DNA from: a virus
Taxonomy: Duplodnaviria; Caudoviricetes
Strand: one strand, 5' to 3'
DNA: 24,523 bases
IMG/VR virus record: IMGVR_UViG_3300049070_000101
Span: 1-24,523 of that record
In this document: positions 1 through 7,827 of the stretch, one piece after another
How the letters are laid out: each line of letters begins with the position of its first letter
How positions within the stretch are numbered: position 1 is the first letter of the stretch
Notes under the pieces: model-generated
The model's input: the letters and a program-made list of their open reading frames with translations, nothing else
What the model was told of the DNA's origin: nothing
The model's database searches: none
Program-made: the position numbers and the translations under genes

Positions 1-1041
1 CCACAGGTACCCCCAGGCAATCCCCAGGGCCAGCCGCCGGCCGTCCCGCCCCCGCTACCGACGAACGATCCGGTCACACCACTGGACACCCCCCGGCCGG
101 TGCCCATGACCGACCCGGCGGGCCGGACGCTGCCGGTGTCGGTCATGCCCAGCGCCGCGCAAAAGACTGCGCAGCGCCCGGCCAGCAAGAAGCGCTCCAA
201 GAAGGCCCGCAAGAAGGGTGCTACGGCCGAACCGCAGGCGAACGGCGCGGCGACCGCCGATACACCCCCGGCCGCGGACACCGCCCCCGAAGGGGCGCTG
301 GTGGCCCCGGCCCGTGACCCCGGGAAGTTCCGGGCAATCACCAACCCGGGCAACCCGGAAAAGGCCCCTAAGCCGAAGGAGTTAACCCCCGAGGGCATCC
401 TCGAATGGGCGGAAATGCTGCGGGAGAAGCACTGGGCCAACGAACTCTTCTTGACTCTGGAGGGGCTGTTCGTGTTCGCCCGCGCCTGCTGCGGGGACAA
501 GTCCGGCCAGGTCATCCGGGTTCTGAAGCAGCTTTACCGCAACGAGCGGGAAGCCGCCTCCGCCAAGGCCCCGGCGACGAATGGCAAGGTGAAGGCCACC
601 CCCAAGGCGGACAAGGCCCCGGCGGCGCCCAAGGGCGAAAAGAAGAAGGGACGCGGTCGCCCGCCGAAGGACGGGGTCAAGGCCGTGCCCCGCACGACCG
701 AGTACAAGGAGGTTGACATCAAGCCCAACCGCTACGGCATCCCGGTGACGGCCAAGGTCAGCGTGAAGTCGAAGAAGGCCCACCCGACCATCTTCGGCAT
801 CACGCCGCGGGCGATTCTGCGCTGGATGGGCCACGACGGCTGGACCTATGACCAAGCCCGCGCGGTCATCGAAAAGTTGGGGCTGCTGCGGTTCTTCGAG
901 AACACGAAGACCGACCACATCCGGGACCAGACCTCAAGCGGCCGGAAGGGCAACCGCGACCAGGGCGGCTGGGCGGGGGACATCCCCGAACTGACCGACG
1001 ACCAGAAGAAGAAGCTGCGGGCGATCAAGCCCAAGGAGTGA
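1..1041 (+). CDS. 5'-truncated Pro/Ala/Lys-rich protein with an AT-hook-like motif; possible DNA-binding protein
   Basis: Frame of ORF 100..1041 stays open to base 1 (PQVPPGNPQGQPP...); GC3-rich codons; KKKGRGRPPK at 640-669; globular-looking C-terminus. Confidence 0.75.
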   Translation, partial: PQVPPGNPQGQPPAVPPPLPTNDPVTPLDTPRPVPMTDPAGRTLPVSVMPSAAQKTAQRPASKKRSKKARKKGATAEPQANGAATADTPPAADTAPEGALVAPARDPGKFRAITNPGNPEKAPKPKELTPEGILEWAEMLREKHWANELFLTLEGLFVFARACCGDKSGQVIRVLKQLYRNEREAASAKAPATNGKVKATPKADKAPAAPKGEKKKGRGRPPKDGVKAVPRTTEYKEVDIKPNRYGIPVTAKVSVKSKKAHPTIFGITPRAILRWMGHDGWTYDQARAVIEKLGLLRFFENTKTDHIRDQTSSGRKGNRDQGGWAGDIPELTDDQKKKLRAIKPKE

Positions 1042-1057
1042 TTTGTCGGAACCATTT

Positions 1058-1092
1058 CGGGGGCCAAGGACGGCCCCCGGCCCCTTACGGAG
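1058..1092 (+). promoter_or_regulatory. Stem-loop with an ANGGAN hexaloop plus a second ANGGA site on the RBS (CsrA/RsmA-type site candidate)
   Basis: CGGGGGCC-AAGGAC-GGCCCCCG (1058-1079) is a perfect 8-bp stem; ACGGAG (1087-1092) is the SD of the ATG at 1101. Confidence 0.5.
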
Positions 1093-1100
1093 TGTGTGCC

Positions 1101-1370
1101 ATGAACGTGACCGTCAAGGGATTCATCGCCCGCCCCGAAAAGACCGAACACGGGTACGTCTGGTGGGGGGCTGACGACCACCTGACCGACCCCCGCCGCG
1201 GGCTGATCCCGTGGCACCTGCGCAACCGGCTGACGCCCGACAAGCCCCCGCCCCCGGGCCGCGGGGGCGCGTGGTACGACAGCGAACGCCACGCCGTCGC
1301 GGACCTGGCCCGCGTGGTCCTGGAAATCCTCAACGAACAGAAGGGAAAGTCCGATGCCCAAACCCGTTGA
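1101..1370 (+). CDS. Hypothetical phage protein
   Basis: GGAG SD before ATG 1101 (MNVTVKGF...); overlaps the next start. Confidence 0.7.
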   Translation: MNVTVKGFIARPEKTEHGYVWWGADDHLTDPRRGLIPWHLRNRLTPDKPPPPGRGGAWYDSERHAVADLARVVLEILNEQKGKSDAQTR

Positions 1371-1566
1371 CTACGACATGACGGCCGTCCGCACCGCCTA
1401 CGGCAACCTCAAGGCGCGGCTGGCAAACGCCAAGAAGGAAAAGGACGACGCCGAAAGTGACGGCGAATCGCCACAGTACCACGCCTACGCACGGGGCAAG
1501 ATCACCGGTTACGAATACGTCATCGAGTGCTTCCTGGAAATCTTCGGCCCGACTTTGGAGGAGTGA
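1354..1566 (+). CDS. Hypothetical protein (short coiled coil)
   Basis: 70-aa ORF, purine-rich RBS, strong GC3 bias. Confidence 0.75.
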   Translation: MPKPVDYDMTAVRTAYGNLKARLANAKKEKDDAESDGESPQYHAYARGKITGYEYVIECFLEIFGPTLEE

Positions 1567-1570
1567 TCCG

Positions 1571-2029
1571 ATGACCGCGACCCAAAAGCCGACCCGGCTG
1601 GACCGACTGCTGAAAAAGCTGGGGGCCTGTTCGGACGCCAGGGAATGGGCCAAGGACTACAAAACCCCGGCGGCGGCCTGGGCGGCGTGCGAAAACCCGG
1701 AATGGATGCTGTGGGTGTTGAACTCTTGCGACCTGATAAACGACCGAAACAACCGTCTGTTCGCCTGCGGGTGTGTTCGCAACACACCCCTCGCGGACGG
1801 GCGGAAGGTCTGGGACTTGTTGACTGACGAACGAAGTCGGACGGCCGTAGAAGTGGCCGAGCGTTTCGCGGACGGAAACGCGACCGAGGAAGAACTTGAC
1901 GCCGCCAGGACCGCCGCCTGGGCCGCCGCCAGGGCCGCCGGGGCCGCACAAGCTAACCAAATTCGAACCCTGTACGGCAACCCGTTTACCGACCGTAAAT
2001 TGTTAACCAGACTGGAAAATGAATTGTGA
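1571..2029 (+). CDS. Imm5-like / AAWAAA-repeat helical protein
   Basis: GGAGGAG SD; motifs RLFACGCVR, LLTDERSRTAVEVAERFADG-AT-EEL, AAWAAA and a terminal GNPF. Confidence 0.75.
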   Translation: MTATQKPTRLDRLLKKLGACSDAREWAKDYKTPAAAWAACENPEWMLWVLNSCDLINDRNNRLFACGCVRNTPLADGRKVWDLLTDERSRTAVEVAERFADGNATEEELDAARTAAWAAARAAGAAQANQIRTLYGNPFTDRKLLTRLENEL

Positions 2030-2337
2030 GACGGAAGTTCAAGGCACCCCCCGATTACCTGATCGCCCGCCGGCTGGCCCGGAAGGGCGTGCCGCTGGGC
2101 AGGATCGCCCGGCGGATGGGGGTCAGCCGCAGGGTTCTGAAACGCTACCTTCGCCGCCTGGGGCTGCTGTTCGGCAACGGCGGCTTCCCCAGGCGGCCCC
2201 AACCGTCCTTACCCCGGATGCGGGCCATGCGGGAACAGGGCGACAGTTACCGCCGGATCGGCCTGGCGGTCGGCCTTGACGAAAAGTGGGTGATGCGACT
2301 ACTTAGGAGAAATTCCGATGACCAGACAAGAGTTTAA
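2026..2337 (+). CDS. Small basic protein with two helix-turn-helix-like segments
   Basis: VPLGRIARRMGVSRRVLKRYL and GDSYRRIGLAVGLDEKWVMRLL; GTGA coupling to the upstream stop. Confidence 0.65.
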   Translation: MRRKFKAPPDYLIARRLARKGVPLGRIARRMGVSRRVLKRYLRRLGLLFGNGGFPRRPQPSLPRMRAMREQGDSYRRIGLAVGLDEKWVMRLLRRNSDDQTRV

Positions 2338-2569
2338 CCGACTCAAACCCGGGGACCGGGTCCAAGCACACCTTTCCAAGACGATAGGGTCGGTTACGGA
2401 CCGGCCTTTTAGCGGGAAGATTCTAGTTCGGTGGGACGACAATGTCGGACACGAACAGGAAATCGTCCAGGGGTTCGCCCCCCTACTCGATCTAGCCCCG
2501 ACACCCGCCGGCCCCTGCGCCGTGGGCAAGGACCAACTGCCGGAAGACCCGGACGGGGGCAAGGCATGA
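2318..2569 (+). CDS. Hypothetical protein (SH3/KOW-like start LKPGDRV)
   Basis: AGGAG SD; LKPGDRV...G-V....ILVRWD pattern. Confidence 0.65.
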   Translation: MTRQEFNRLKPGDRVQAHLSKTIGSVTDRPFSGKILVRWDDNVGHEQEIVQGFAPLLDLAPTPAGPCAVGKDQLPEDPDGGKA

Positions 2570-2910
2570 CCACCACCGAACTGGCCGAAGCCGTCCGCCG
2601 GCTGGGGCTGCCGGACGGGCTGTCCGAGACCGTGATCCGCGAACAAATCCAGCGCGACCGGCGGGAAAGGGAATGGGTGGCATTCGTCCAGTCCCGCGCC
2701 CAGGCCCGGGAACCCAAACCGCGCCCGGCCACCCCCGACCCGCCGGTGAAGTGGACGCCGCCCGGGGTCATCCACGACGCCGTCAAGGCGCTGCGGACGC
2801 TAGGGATGTTGAAGGACAGGGCGGAAGGCCGCGTGGCGGCTGCCCTGCGGGCCGGCGTCTACGCGGACGTCGGGGAACTGATCCTGGCCGCAATGAGGGA
2901 CGGACGATGA
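2566..2910 (+). CDS. Hypothetical protein with a RuvA C-terminal-domain-like tail
   Basis: ATGA-coupled start (MTTTELAE); DAVKALRTLG...AEGRVAAA...ELILAAMR resembles RuvA domain III. Confidence 0.6.
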   Translation: MTTTELAEAVRRLGLPDGLSETVIREQIQRDRREREWVAFVQSRAQAREPKPRPATPDPPVKWTPPGVIHDAVKALRTLGMLKDRAEGRVAAALRAGVYADVGELILAAMRDGR

Positions 2911-3359
2911 GAGGCAAAATCCGGACCGACCTGACCGGCCAAGTGTTCGGTCGGTGGACGGTACTACGCCCGCTGCCGATGTCCCCGAACCGCAACTATA
3001 AATGGCTCTGTCGCTGCGACTGCGGCAAGGAAAAAGAAGTATGGACCAATAGCCTCACGTCGGGACAGTCCAAGGGGTGCCCCCAATGTGCCGGCAAGAT
3101 GAAACGCACCCGACCGGGCACGATGGCCGAAATCATGGAACTGAGAAGGAGCGGGATGACGGCCAGGGAAATCGCTAAAGCCATGCGGTTAGCCCTCCCG
3201 ACCGTAAACAACTACCTTTACGGCGGGTTGCGAAATCTGTTAACCCGATACCAACAGGAGGAATCTACCAATGGAGAGTTGGCGCAAGGTCTGGCGGGCG
3301 GCGGCACCGATGCTGACCACCCCGCAACTGCTGGCACTGCGGGAAGGTTTACGCTCTGA
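2907..3359 (+). CDS. Zn-ribbon (DLTG-FGR-TV / WLCRCDCG) plus HTH DNA-binding protein
   Basis: ATGA-coupled start MRGKIRTDLTGQVFGRWTV; WLCRCDCG..L-SG-SKGCPQC; C-terminal GMTAREIAKAMRLALPTVNNYL. Confidence 0.75.
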   Translation: MRGKIRTDLTGQVFGRWTVLRPLPMSPNRNYKWLCRCDCGKEKEVWTNSLTSGQSKGCPQCAGKMKRTRPGTMAEIMELRRSGMTAREIAKAMRLALPTVNNYLYGGLRNLLTRYQQEESTNGELAQGLAGGGTDADHPATAGTAGRFTL

Positions 3360-3750
3360 TGATAAAGCTCTGATCCAGGGGGCGACGACGACCCCGCCCC
3401 CGCTGCAATGCGTCCTGGACTGGCCGTGCGAGGCCGGCTGCCTGTTCGCCTACGCCGGGTGGAAGTCGGGGCTGGAAACCGTCGGAGAAGTCGAGGAATT
3501 CTTCGCCGACTTGTGCTTCCGGGTGGACCAGGAACTCGGCGAACCGGCCGCGGTCCGTTACCTGCTGAACTGGTTCGATGACACCCCCCGGGACGAAATG
3601 CGGATCAACCTGGGGCTGGAAATCGACCGGGTTTTAGCCAACCGACGGGTCGGCGAACTGTCCAACGGCGCGGTAGACGTGGACGTGTCGCCGATCCCCG
3701 GCGTGGACGACGACTCCGACCAACCGATCACACACACCCCCAAGGAGTAG
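3271..3750 (+). CDS. Conserved hypothetical protein resembling a Gemmataceae family
   Basis: AGGAGG SD; MESWRKVWR...QGATTTPPPL-CV-DWP-EA-C...TVGEVEEFFA...LGEPAA-R-LLNWFDDTPRDEMR (family recalled from memory). Confidence 0.8.
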   Translation: MESWRKVWRAAAPMLTTPQLLALREGLRSDDKALIQGATTTPPPLQCVLDWPCEAGCLFAYAGWKSGLETVGEVEEFFADLCFRVDQELGEPAAVRYLLNWFDDTPRDEMRINLGLEIDRVLANRRVGELSNGAVDVDVSPIPGVDDDSDQPITHTPKE

Positions 3751-3756
3751 CCCTGC

Positions 3757-3939
3757 GTGGACGATCTGGACGAAGTTGGCCGGGAGTGGCTCATGGCCCG
3801 AAACGTCGTTGCGGACTGGCTGGGGAAGCTGTGCCCACACCACAGCCGGGCGCAGCGGGAACACAATGCCGCCGCGCTGATCGCCGAACTGGCACACCAC
3901 CGAATGATAATCGAACTCGTTAAGGAGGAAGACCTCTGA
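3757..3939 (+). CDS. Hypothetical protein
   Basis: AAGGAG SD, GTG start, TGATG coupling to the next gene. Confidence 0.6.
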   Translation: MDDLDEVGREWLMARNVVADWLGKLCPHHSRAQREHNAAALIAELAHHRMIIELVKEEDL

Positions 3940-4532
3940 TGTCCTTCCGCATCATCGGCCAACAGAAGTTCTTGAAGCGCCAGCCGGACGGTTGCGGGTC
4001 GTGCGACGCCTGTTGCACCGTTCTCGGTGTGACAGAATTGGGCAAGGCCCCCTACGAACCGTGTCGCCACCTGATCCCGCTGGAAACCCGGCCGTCCCCA
4101 ACGACCAGTGGGGGCTGCTGCGTCCACGGCGAACACCCGCCCAGTTGCAAGACGTTCGAGTGCCTGTGGCTGCGGGGCGTGTTCGGCCTGCAAAACCCCC
4201 ACCACCGGCCCGACCGGCTGGGGCTGGTGTTTACGTTGCAACCGGACGATTTCGTATTGGGCCAGACCGTGACCGCCCGGGAAGTCACCCAGGGGGCGGC
4301 CGACCGGCACCCCGGGAAAGAGTTTTTAGACCACCTGCGACAGCACTGCCTGGTATTAATCATGCGGCCGGACGGCACCCGGACGCTGGTCGGCCCCCTG
4401 GACATGGTCGAACAGGCGGCCGAAAAGATGCGGCGGCGGCTGCAAGAGAGGGGGGCGGAAAACGTGTCCCTGACCTTCCGCCGCGAGGCGAAGGCTTGGT
4501 GGGATTCTTACCACCGGGATTTCGGATTCTAG
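3939..4532 (+). CDS. YkgJ-like (CxxCxxCC) Cys-cluster Fe-S/Zn protein
   Basis: CGSCDACC...PCRHL...CCVH..HPPSCKTFECLWL...RPDR. Confidence 0.75.
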   Translation: MSFRIIGQQKFLKRQPDGCGSCDACCTVLGVTELGKAPYEPCRHLIPLETRPSPTTSGGCCVHGEHPPSCKTFECLWLRGVFGLQNPHHRPDRLGLVFTLQPDDFVLGQTVTAREVTQGAADRHPGKEFLDHLRQHCLVLIMRPDGTRTLVGPLDMVEQAAEKMRRRLQERGAENVSLTFRREAKAWWDSYHRDFGF

Positions 4533-4566
4533 CCACCAATACCAGAACGAAAAGGAGAAACCACCA

Positions 4567-4884
4567 ATGACCAAGAGCAAACAACACGACGAGGACTTCA
4601 CGGGAAAGTTAGGCCCTCTCTACAGGAGCGAGGAAGTCCCCGAATGGCCCATGTACAGCTTCAGCCGCGTCGCCTACGAGTTCTGGAACGGATTCGCCAA
4701 CGGCTTGCTGGACCGCGGATTGACGGAAGACGAAGTCAAGGACGAGCTTCAGTCCAAGGGGGTCCGCTGGCTTCTAGACCAACACGGCGACAACCTCGAA
4801 TCCCTCGGCAGAAGGATGGCCAGAACCTACGAACTGTGCGTGACCGACGAGCAACAGGTCATCAAGAAAAGGCTAATAAAGTAA
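4567..4884 (+). CDS. Hypothetical protein
   Basis: AAGGAG SD; 105-aa ORF. Confidence 0.75.
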   Translation: MTKSKQHDEDFTGKLGPLYRSEEVPEWPMYSFSRVAYEFWNGFANGLLDRGLTEDEVKDELQSKGVRWLLDQHGDNLESLGRRMARTYELCVTDEQQVIKKRLIK

Positions 4885-4907
4885 CAACTGGAACGGAGAA
4901 GTGGATC

Positions 4908-5564
4908 ATGGACACCGCGACGCGGCGCAGGCCGCCATCCCCCGGGTCGCCCTGGCGGCCCCTGGACTTCGACAAATTCGCCCGGCTGGCCCGGCAAGCA
5001 GCGGCCAGCCGGGGGTGGGGGCCGATCCCCTGGGATTCGGTCCCCTACGACGGCGACGCCGCCGTGGTCGGCGGGATGTCCTTAATTCTGCCGGGCTGGA
5101 ACACGGGCGACGCCAGATTGCCGTTCGCCGCCTGGACGCTGTCCCACGTCCGGGGGGTCGGCCCCCGATTCTACGCCGGCTGTTCCGGGCCGGGGGTGGG
5201 GGCCGTGGTGTTCGACGGCTGGCCGCTGGCCCGGCGGCAGACGGAGTATTTTGACACGGTTTCCGCCGTCGAGGAATCCCTGGACCGGTGGGCGGAAGTC
5301 GCCCACCGGATGCCGGCCCTGGTCCAACGGCTGCGGTCCAGGGAAGTCTACGCCACCGCCCGGGAACTACTCTTTGAAGCCGGCCGGCGGGAATTGGTCG
5401 CCCAGTCCCGCGTGTTCGACGCTTACGAAGCCTTCCTAGGGTCAGATCAAACCGCCTGGGACTTGCTAACTAGCTTCGGGGCCGTGGCCGCCAGGGGGCC
5501 GGCAAGCCGGCGGCTGCCCGCCATGCTGGCGTTCTACCGACACGTAACCCGGGGGATCGCTTGA
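4908..5564 (+). CDS. Divergent DUF932-like protein
   Basis: GGAG SD, ATG 4908; N-terminal WRP helix, RFYAG, RRQT and C-terminal TAWDLLTSF resemble DUF932; the usual CxN motif is absent. Confidence 0.5.
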   Translation: MDTATRRRPPSPGSPWRPLDFDKFARLARQAAASRGWGPIPWDSVPYDGDAAVVGGMSLILPGWNTGDARLPFAAWTLSHVRGVGPRFYAGCSGPGVGAVVFDGWPLARRQTEYFDTVSAVEESLDRWAEVAHRMPALVQRLRSREVYATARELLFEAGRRELVAQSRVFDAYEAFLGSDQTAWDLLTSFGAVAARGPASRRLPAMLAFYRHVTRGIA

Positions 5565-5588
5565 CCCCAAAACCAGGGATGCTATAAT
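5561..5588 (+). promoter_or_regulatory. Housekeeping sigma-70-type promoter with extended -10
   Basis: TTGACC (5561-5566), 16-nt spacer ending TGC, perfect TATAAT (5583-5588), in one of the few intergenic gaps. Confidence 0.85.
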
Positions 5589-5627
5589 ACCCACAGTAAC
5601 CGCGTCTAGCTCAGAAAGGGAAATCCG

Positions 5628-6122
5628 ATGTGCCAAGTCACCGCGTGCCCGACCGCGTTCGTAGCCGCCCGCAAGGCGGGGCGTTCCGTGGCCCGCCAGT
5701 TCCCCAAGCTGTGGGGCTGGTCGGCGGCGGACTTCGTCGCCGAGGCCAGGCTCCTCTACGTCGAGGCCGTCCGCCGCTGGGACGGCCGGGGCAGCCTGCC
5801 ACGGTTCGTCTACCAGTTCGTGCGGCGGCGGCTGTTGAACCGGGTCCGGTCGCAGTGCCGCCACAACCCCCGGCTGGACCGCCACACACAACTCTTTGAC
5901 GTGCCTGTGGAAAACGCCCGGGACTTCGACGCGGAACTGCGGGGGCTGTCCGAACCCGCACGGCAGGCCGCGGGGCTGCTGTTCGGCTGCCTGCGACAAG
6001 ACGGCAGCCCCGGCACACGACCGTGCGTCATCAAGGCGAAGGTCCGGAAGCGGCTGAAACGGTCCTGGGGGGCGGCGAAGGCCAACCTGGCGTTCTGGGA
6101 ACTGAAAGGACTGGTGTCGTGA
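5628..6122 (+). CDS. Phage sigma-70-like factor (region 2 recognisable, region 4 divergent)
   Basis: ADFVAEARLLYVEAVRRWDGRGSLPRFVYQFVRRRLLNRVR fits the region 2 pattern; LRGLSEPARQ resembles the start of region 4. Confidence 0.65.
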   Translation: MCQVTACPTAFVAARKAGRSVARQFPKLWGWSAADFVAEARLLYVEAVRRWDGRGSLPRFVYQFVRRRLLNRVRSQCRHNPRLDRHTQLFDVPVENARDFDAELRGLSEPARQAAGLLFGCLRQDGSPGTRPCVIKAKVRKRLKRSWGAAKANLAFWELKGLVS

Positions 6123-6364
6123 GTAAAATCTACCCGATCACAGAACTCCAAGAGAACCTAGAGACTATCGCCCTTCACACCTTAACCTGCATCGCCTGCG
6201 GCGGTAGCTGCACGGCTGAGATTGAACACGCCTGGCTCGCGGCCGAGGACTTGTTTCGCCAGGGATGGAGGGTGTTCTACCGGAAAGGCTGCTGGGGTCC
6301 GGTCTGTCCTAGCTGTGCTAGAGTCCCCAAAAAACTAAGGTCAACCCCGAGGTATTCCCCATGA
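6119..6364 (+). CDS. Small CxxC...CxxC zinc-finger protein
   Basis: GTGA-coupled start; CIAC...GW...VCPSC; more AT-rich codons than its neighbours. Confidence 0.65.
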   Translation: MSKIYPITELQENLETIALHTLTCIACGGSCTAEIEHAWLAAEDLFRQGWRVFYRKGCWGPVCPSCARVPKKLRSTPRYSP

Positions 6365-6606
6365 CCAACGCGAAGGAACTGACCCGCCTGCTGGCGGACG
6401 TGGCCAGGGCGGCGGCCGAACACCGGGAGACCTGGCTCAAGTGCCAGGTCGAATACCACCAGGGCAGGGCCGCCGACGTCGCCATGCGCATTTCCATCAT
6501 GGACTACCGCAAGGCAATTTCCCGACTGTTCAAGGCGGTCCTAGGTCGGAACCCGGAACAGCACGAACTGGAAGTGATCGACCCGGCATTCGAGGTGAAG
6601 TCGTGA
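6361..6606 (+). CDS. Hypothetical protein
   Basis: GAGGT SD; ATGA/GTGA coupling on both sides. Confidence 0.7.
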   Translation: MTNAKELTRLLADVARAAAEHRETWLKCQVEYHQGRAADVAMRISIMDYRKAISRLFKAVLGRNPEQHELEVIDPAFEVKS

Positions 6607-6956
6607 AAAAGTACCGCATGAAATACCAAAAAATCGACAACGAATTTGGCGGCATCGTCCGCGCCACCTTCGACACGCCGATCAACTTGACCCAAGGGCA
6701 GGTCATCCGGTTCGGCACCGACAGCTTGGGCGAGTACGCCTACGTTTGCGACGCGCCCAAAGAGCCGAAACCCGACCGGGCCGTCCTGAAGGTGTCCCTG
6801 GACGTGCCCGACGGGGCTACCCGGGACAACGTCGTCGGGTACATAGAAGCGGCCGTCCGGGTCCACAACGGCGGTCTGGACCCCGAAGACCCCATGTCCC
6901 GCCTGGACCGTTCCAGCGTGGACGTCAACCTGACCAACTACATCAAAGGAGATTAG
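6603..6956 (+). CDS. Hypothetical protein
   Basis: GAGGTG SD and GTG at 6603; GC3-rich frame. Confidence 0.65.
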   Translation: MKKYRMKYQKIDNEFGGIVRATFDTPINLTQGQVIRFGTDSLGEYAYVCDAPKEPKPDRAVLKVSLDVPDGATRDNVVGYIEAAVRVHNGGLDPEDPMSRLDRSSVDVNLTNYIKGD

Positions 6957-6957
6957 A

Positions 6958-7827
6958 GTGGGTGTACTAGCGGACTGGCAGATCGAACGTGATGTCAAAA
7001 TCACCCCGTTCCGCAAGGGGCCGACCCCGGGGCAGATCAGTTCAGGGCTCTCCTCATATGGCTACGACCTGCGGGCGGGGTTCAAATTCAAAGTGTTCAG
7101 CAACGCCCACTGTGCGGTCGTGGACCCAAAGAACTTCGACCCTAGGTCGTTCGTGGAAGTAGACCTGACGCCTGTTCAACATGAGTGGAATCTCGACTTC
7201 GAGTCCATGCGCGAACCGCGTCGGTGGTTCTGCCCCTGGTGCGACCGGACCGTCCCCTATGCCGACGGGGACAAGAAGTGCCCGGTCCCCGACAACTGGG
7301 AACCGTGCCCGAAGCGGGAACAGCCCGAAAACTTCGTCCTAATTCCGCCCAACAGCTTCGCCCTGGCGGAATCGGTCGAGTGGGTGGAAATCCCCCGGGA
7401 CTGCATCGCCTTCGTGGCCGACAAATCGACCTACAGGCGCGTGGGAATCTTGATGGGTTTCACAATACTGGAACCGGAGTGGCGGGGAATCGTCACGCTG
7501 GAGATCAGCAACAGCACGCCACTGCCCGCCAAGGTCTACGCGGGCGAGGGAGTCGCCCAGATGATCCTGATCCGGACGGACGGGGTCACGGAATCCCTGG
7601 CCCGGATGGTCCGGCAATTAGCCGCCTTCGATCCGACGCCCGGCGTGGCGAAGGTGATGGGCCAAGACCTGCAATCTTGGATCGGGGGGTACGGCCTGAA
7701 CGTCTGGCACGACCACAACGCCACCTGCCGCGTCAGTTACGAAGACAAAAGAGGACGTTACCAGGATCAGAGCGGCCTGACCCTGCCGACCGTCGCCCGG
7801 GGAGAGAAAAACGATGCCGAACCTTGA
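6958..7827 (+). CDS. dcd: dCTP deaminase with two insertions
   Basis: [81 protein letters not shown]. Confidence 0.95.
   Translation: [289 protein letters not shown]

Noticed and set aside
1997-3250. TGTTAACC-containing motif near two gene ends as a phage promoter or operator
   Set aside because: Only two loose copies, both in coding sequence; other TTAACC hits have no consistent position.
3748-3759. Stop-codon reassignment (TAG at 3748-3750 in frame with the next ORF)
   Set aside because: The next ORF has its own AAGGAG SD, and TAG, TGA and TAA all end conserved genes at the expected places.
7579-7728. Intein in dcd (insertion ends ...HDHNATC)
   Set aside because: About 49 aa is far below mini-intein size, there is no N-terminal Cys/Ser block, and HN is followed by Ala.
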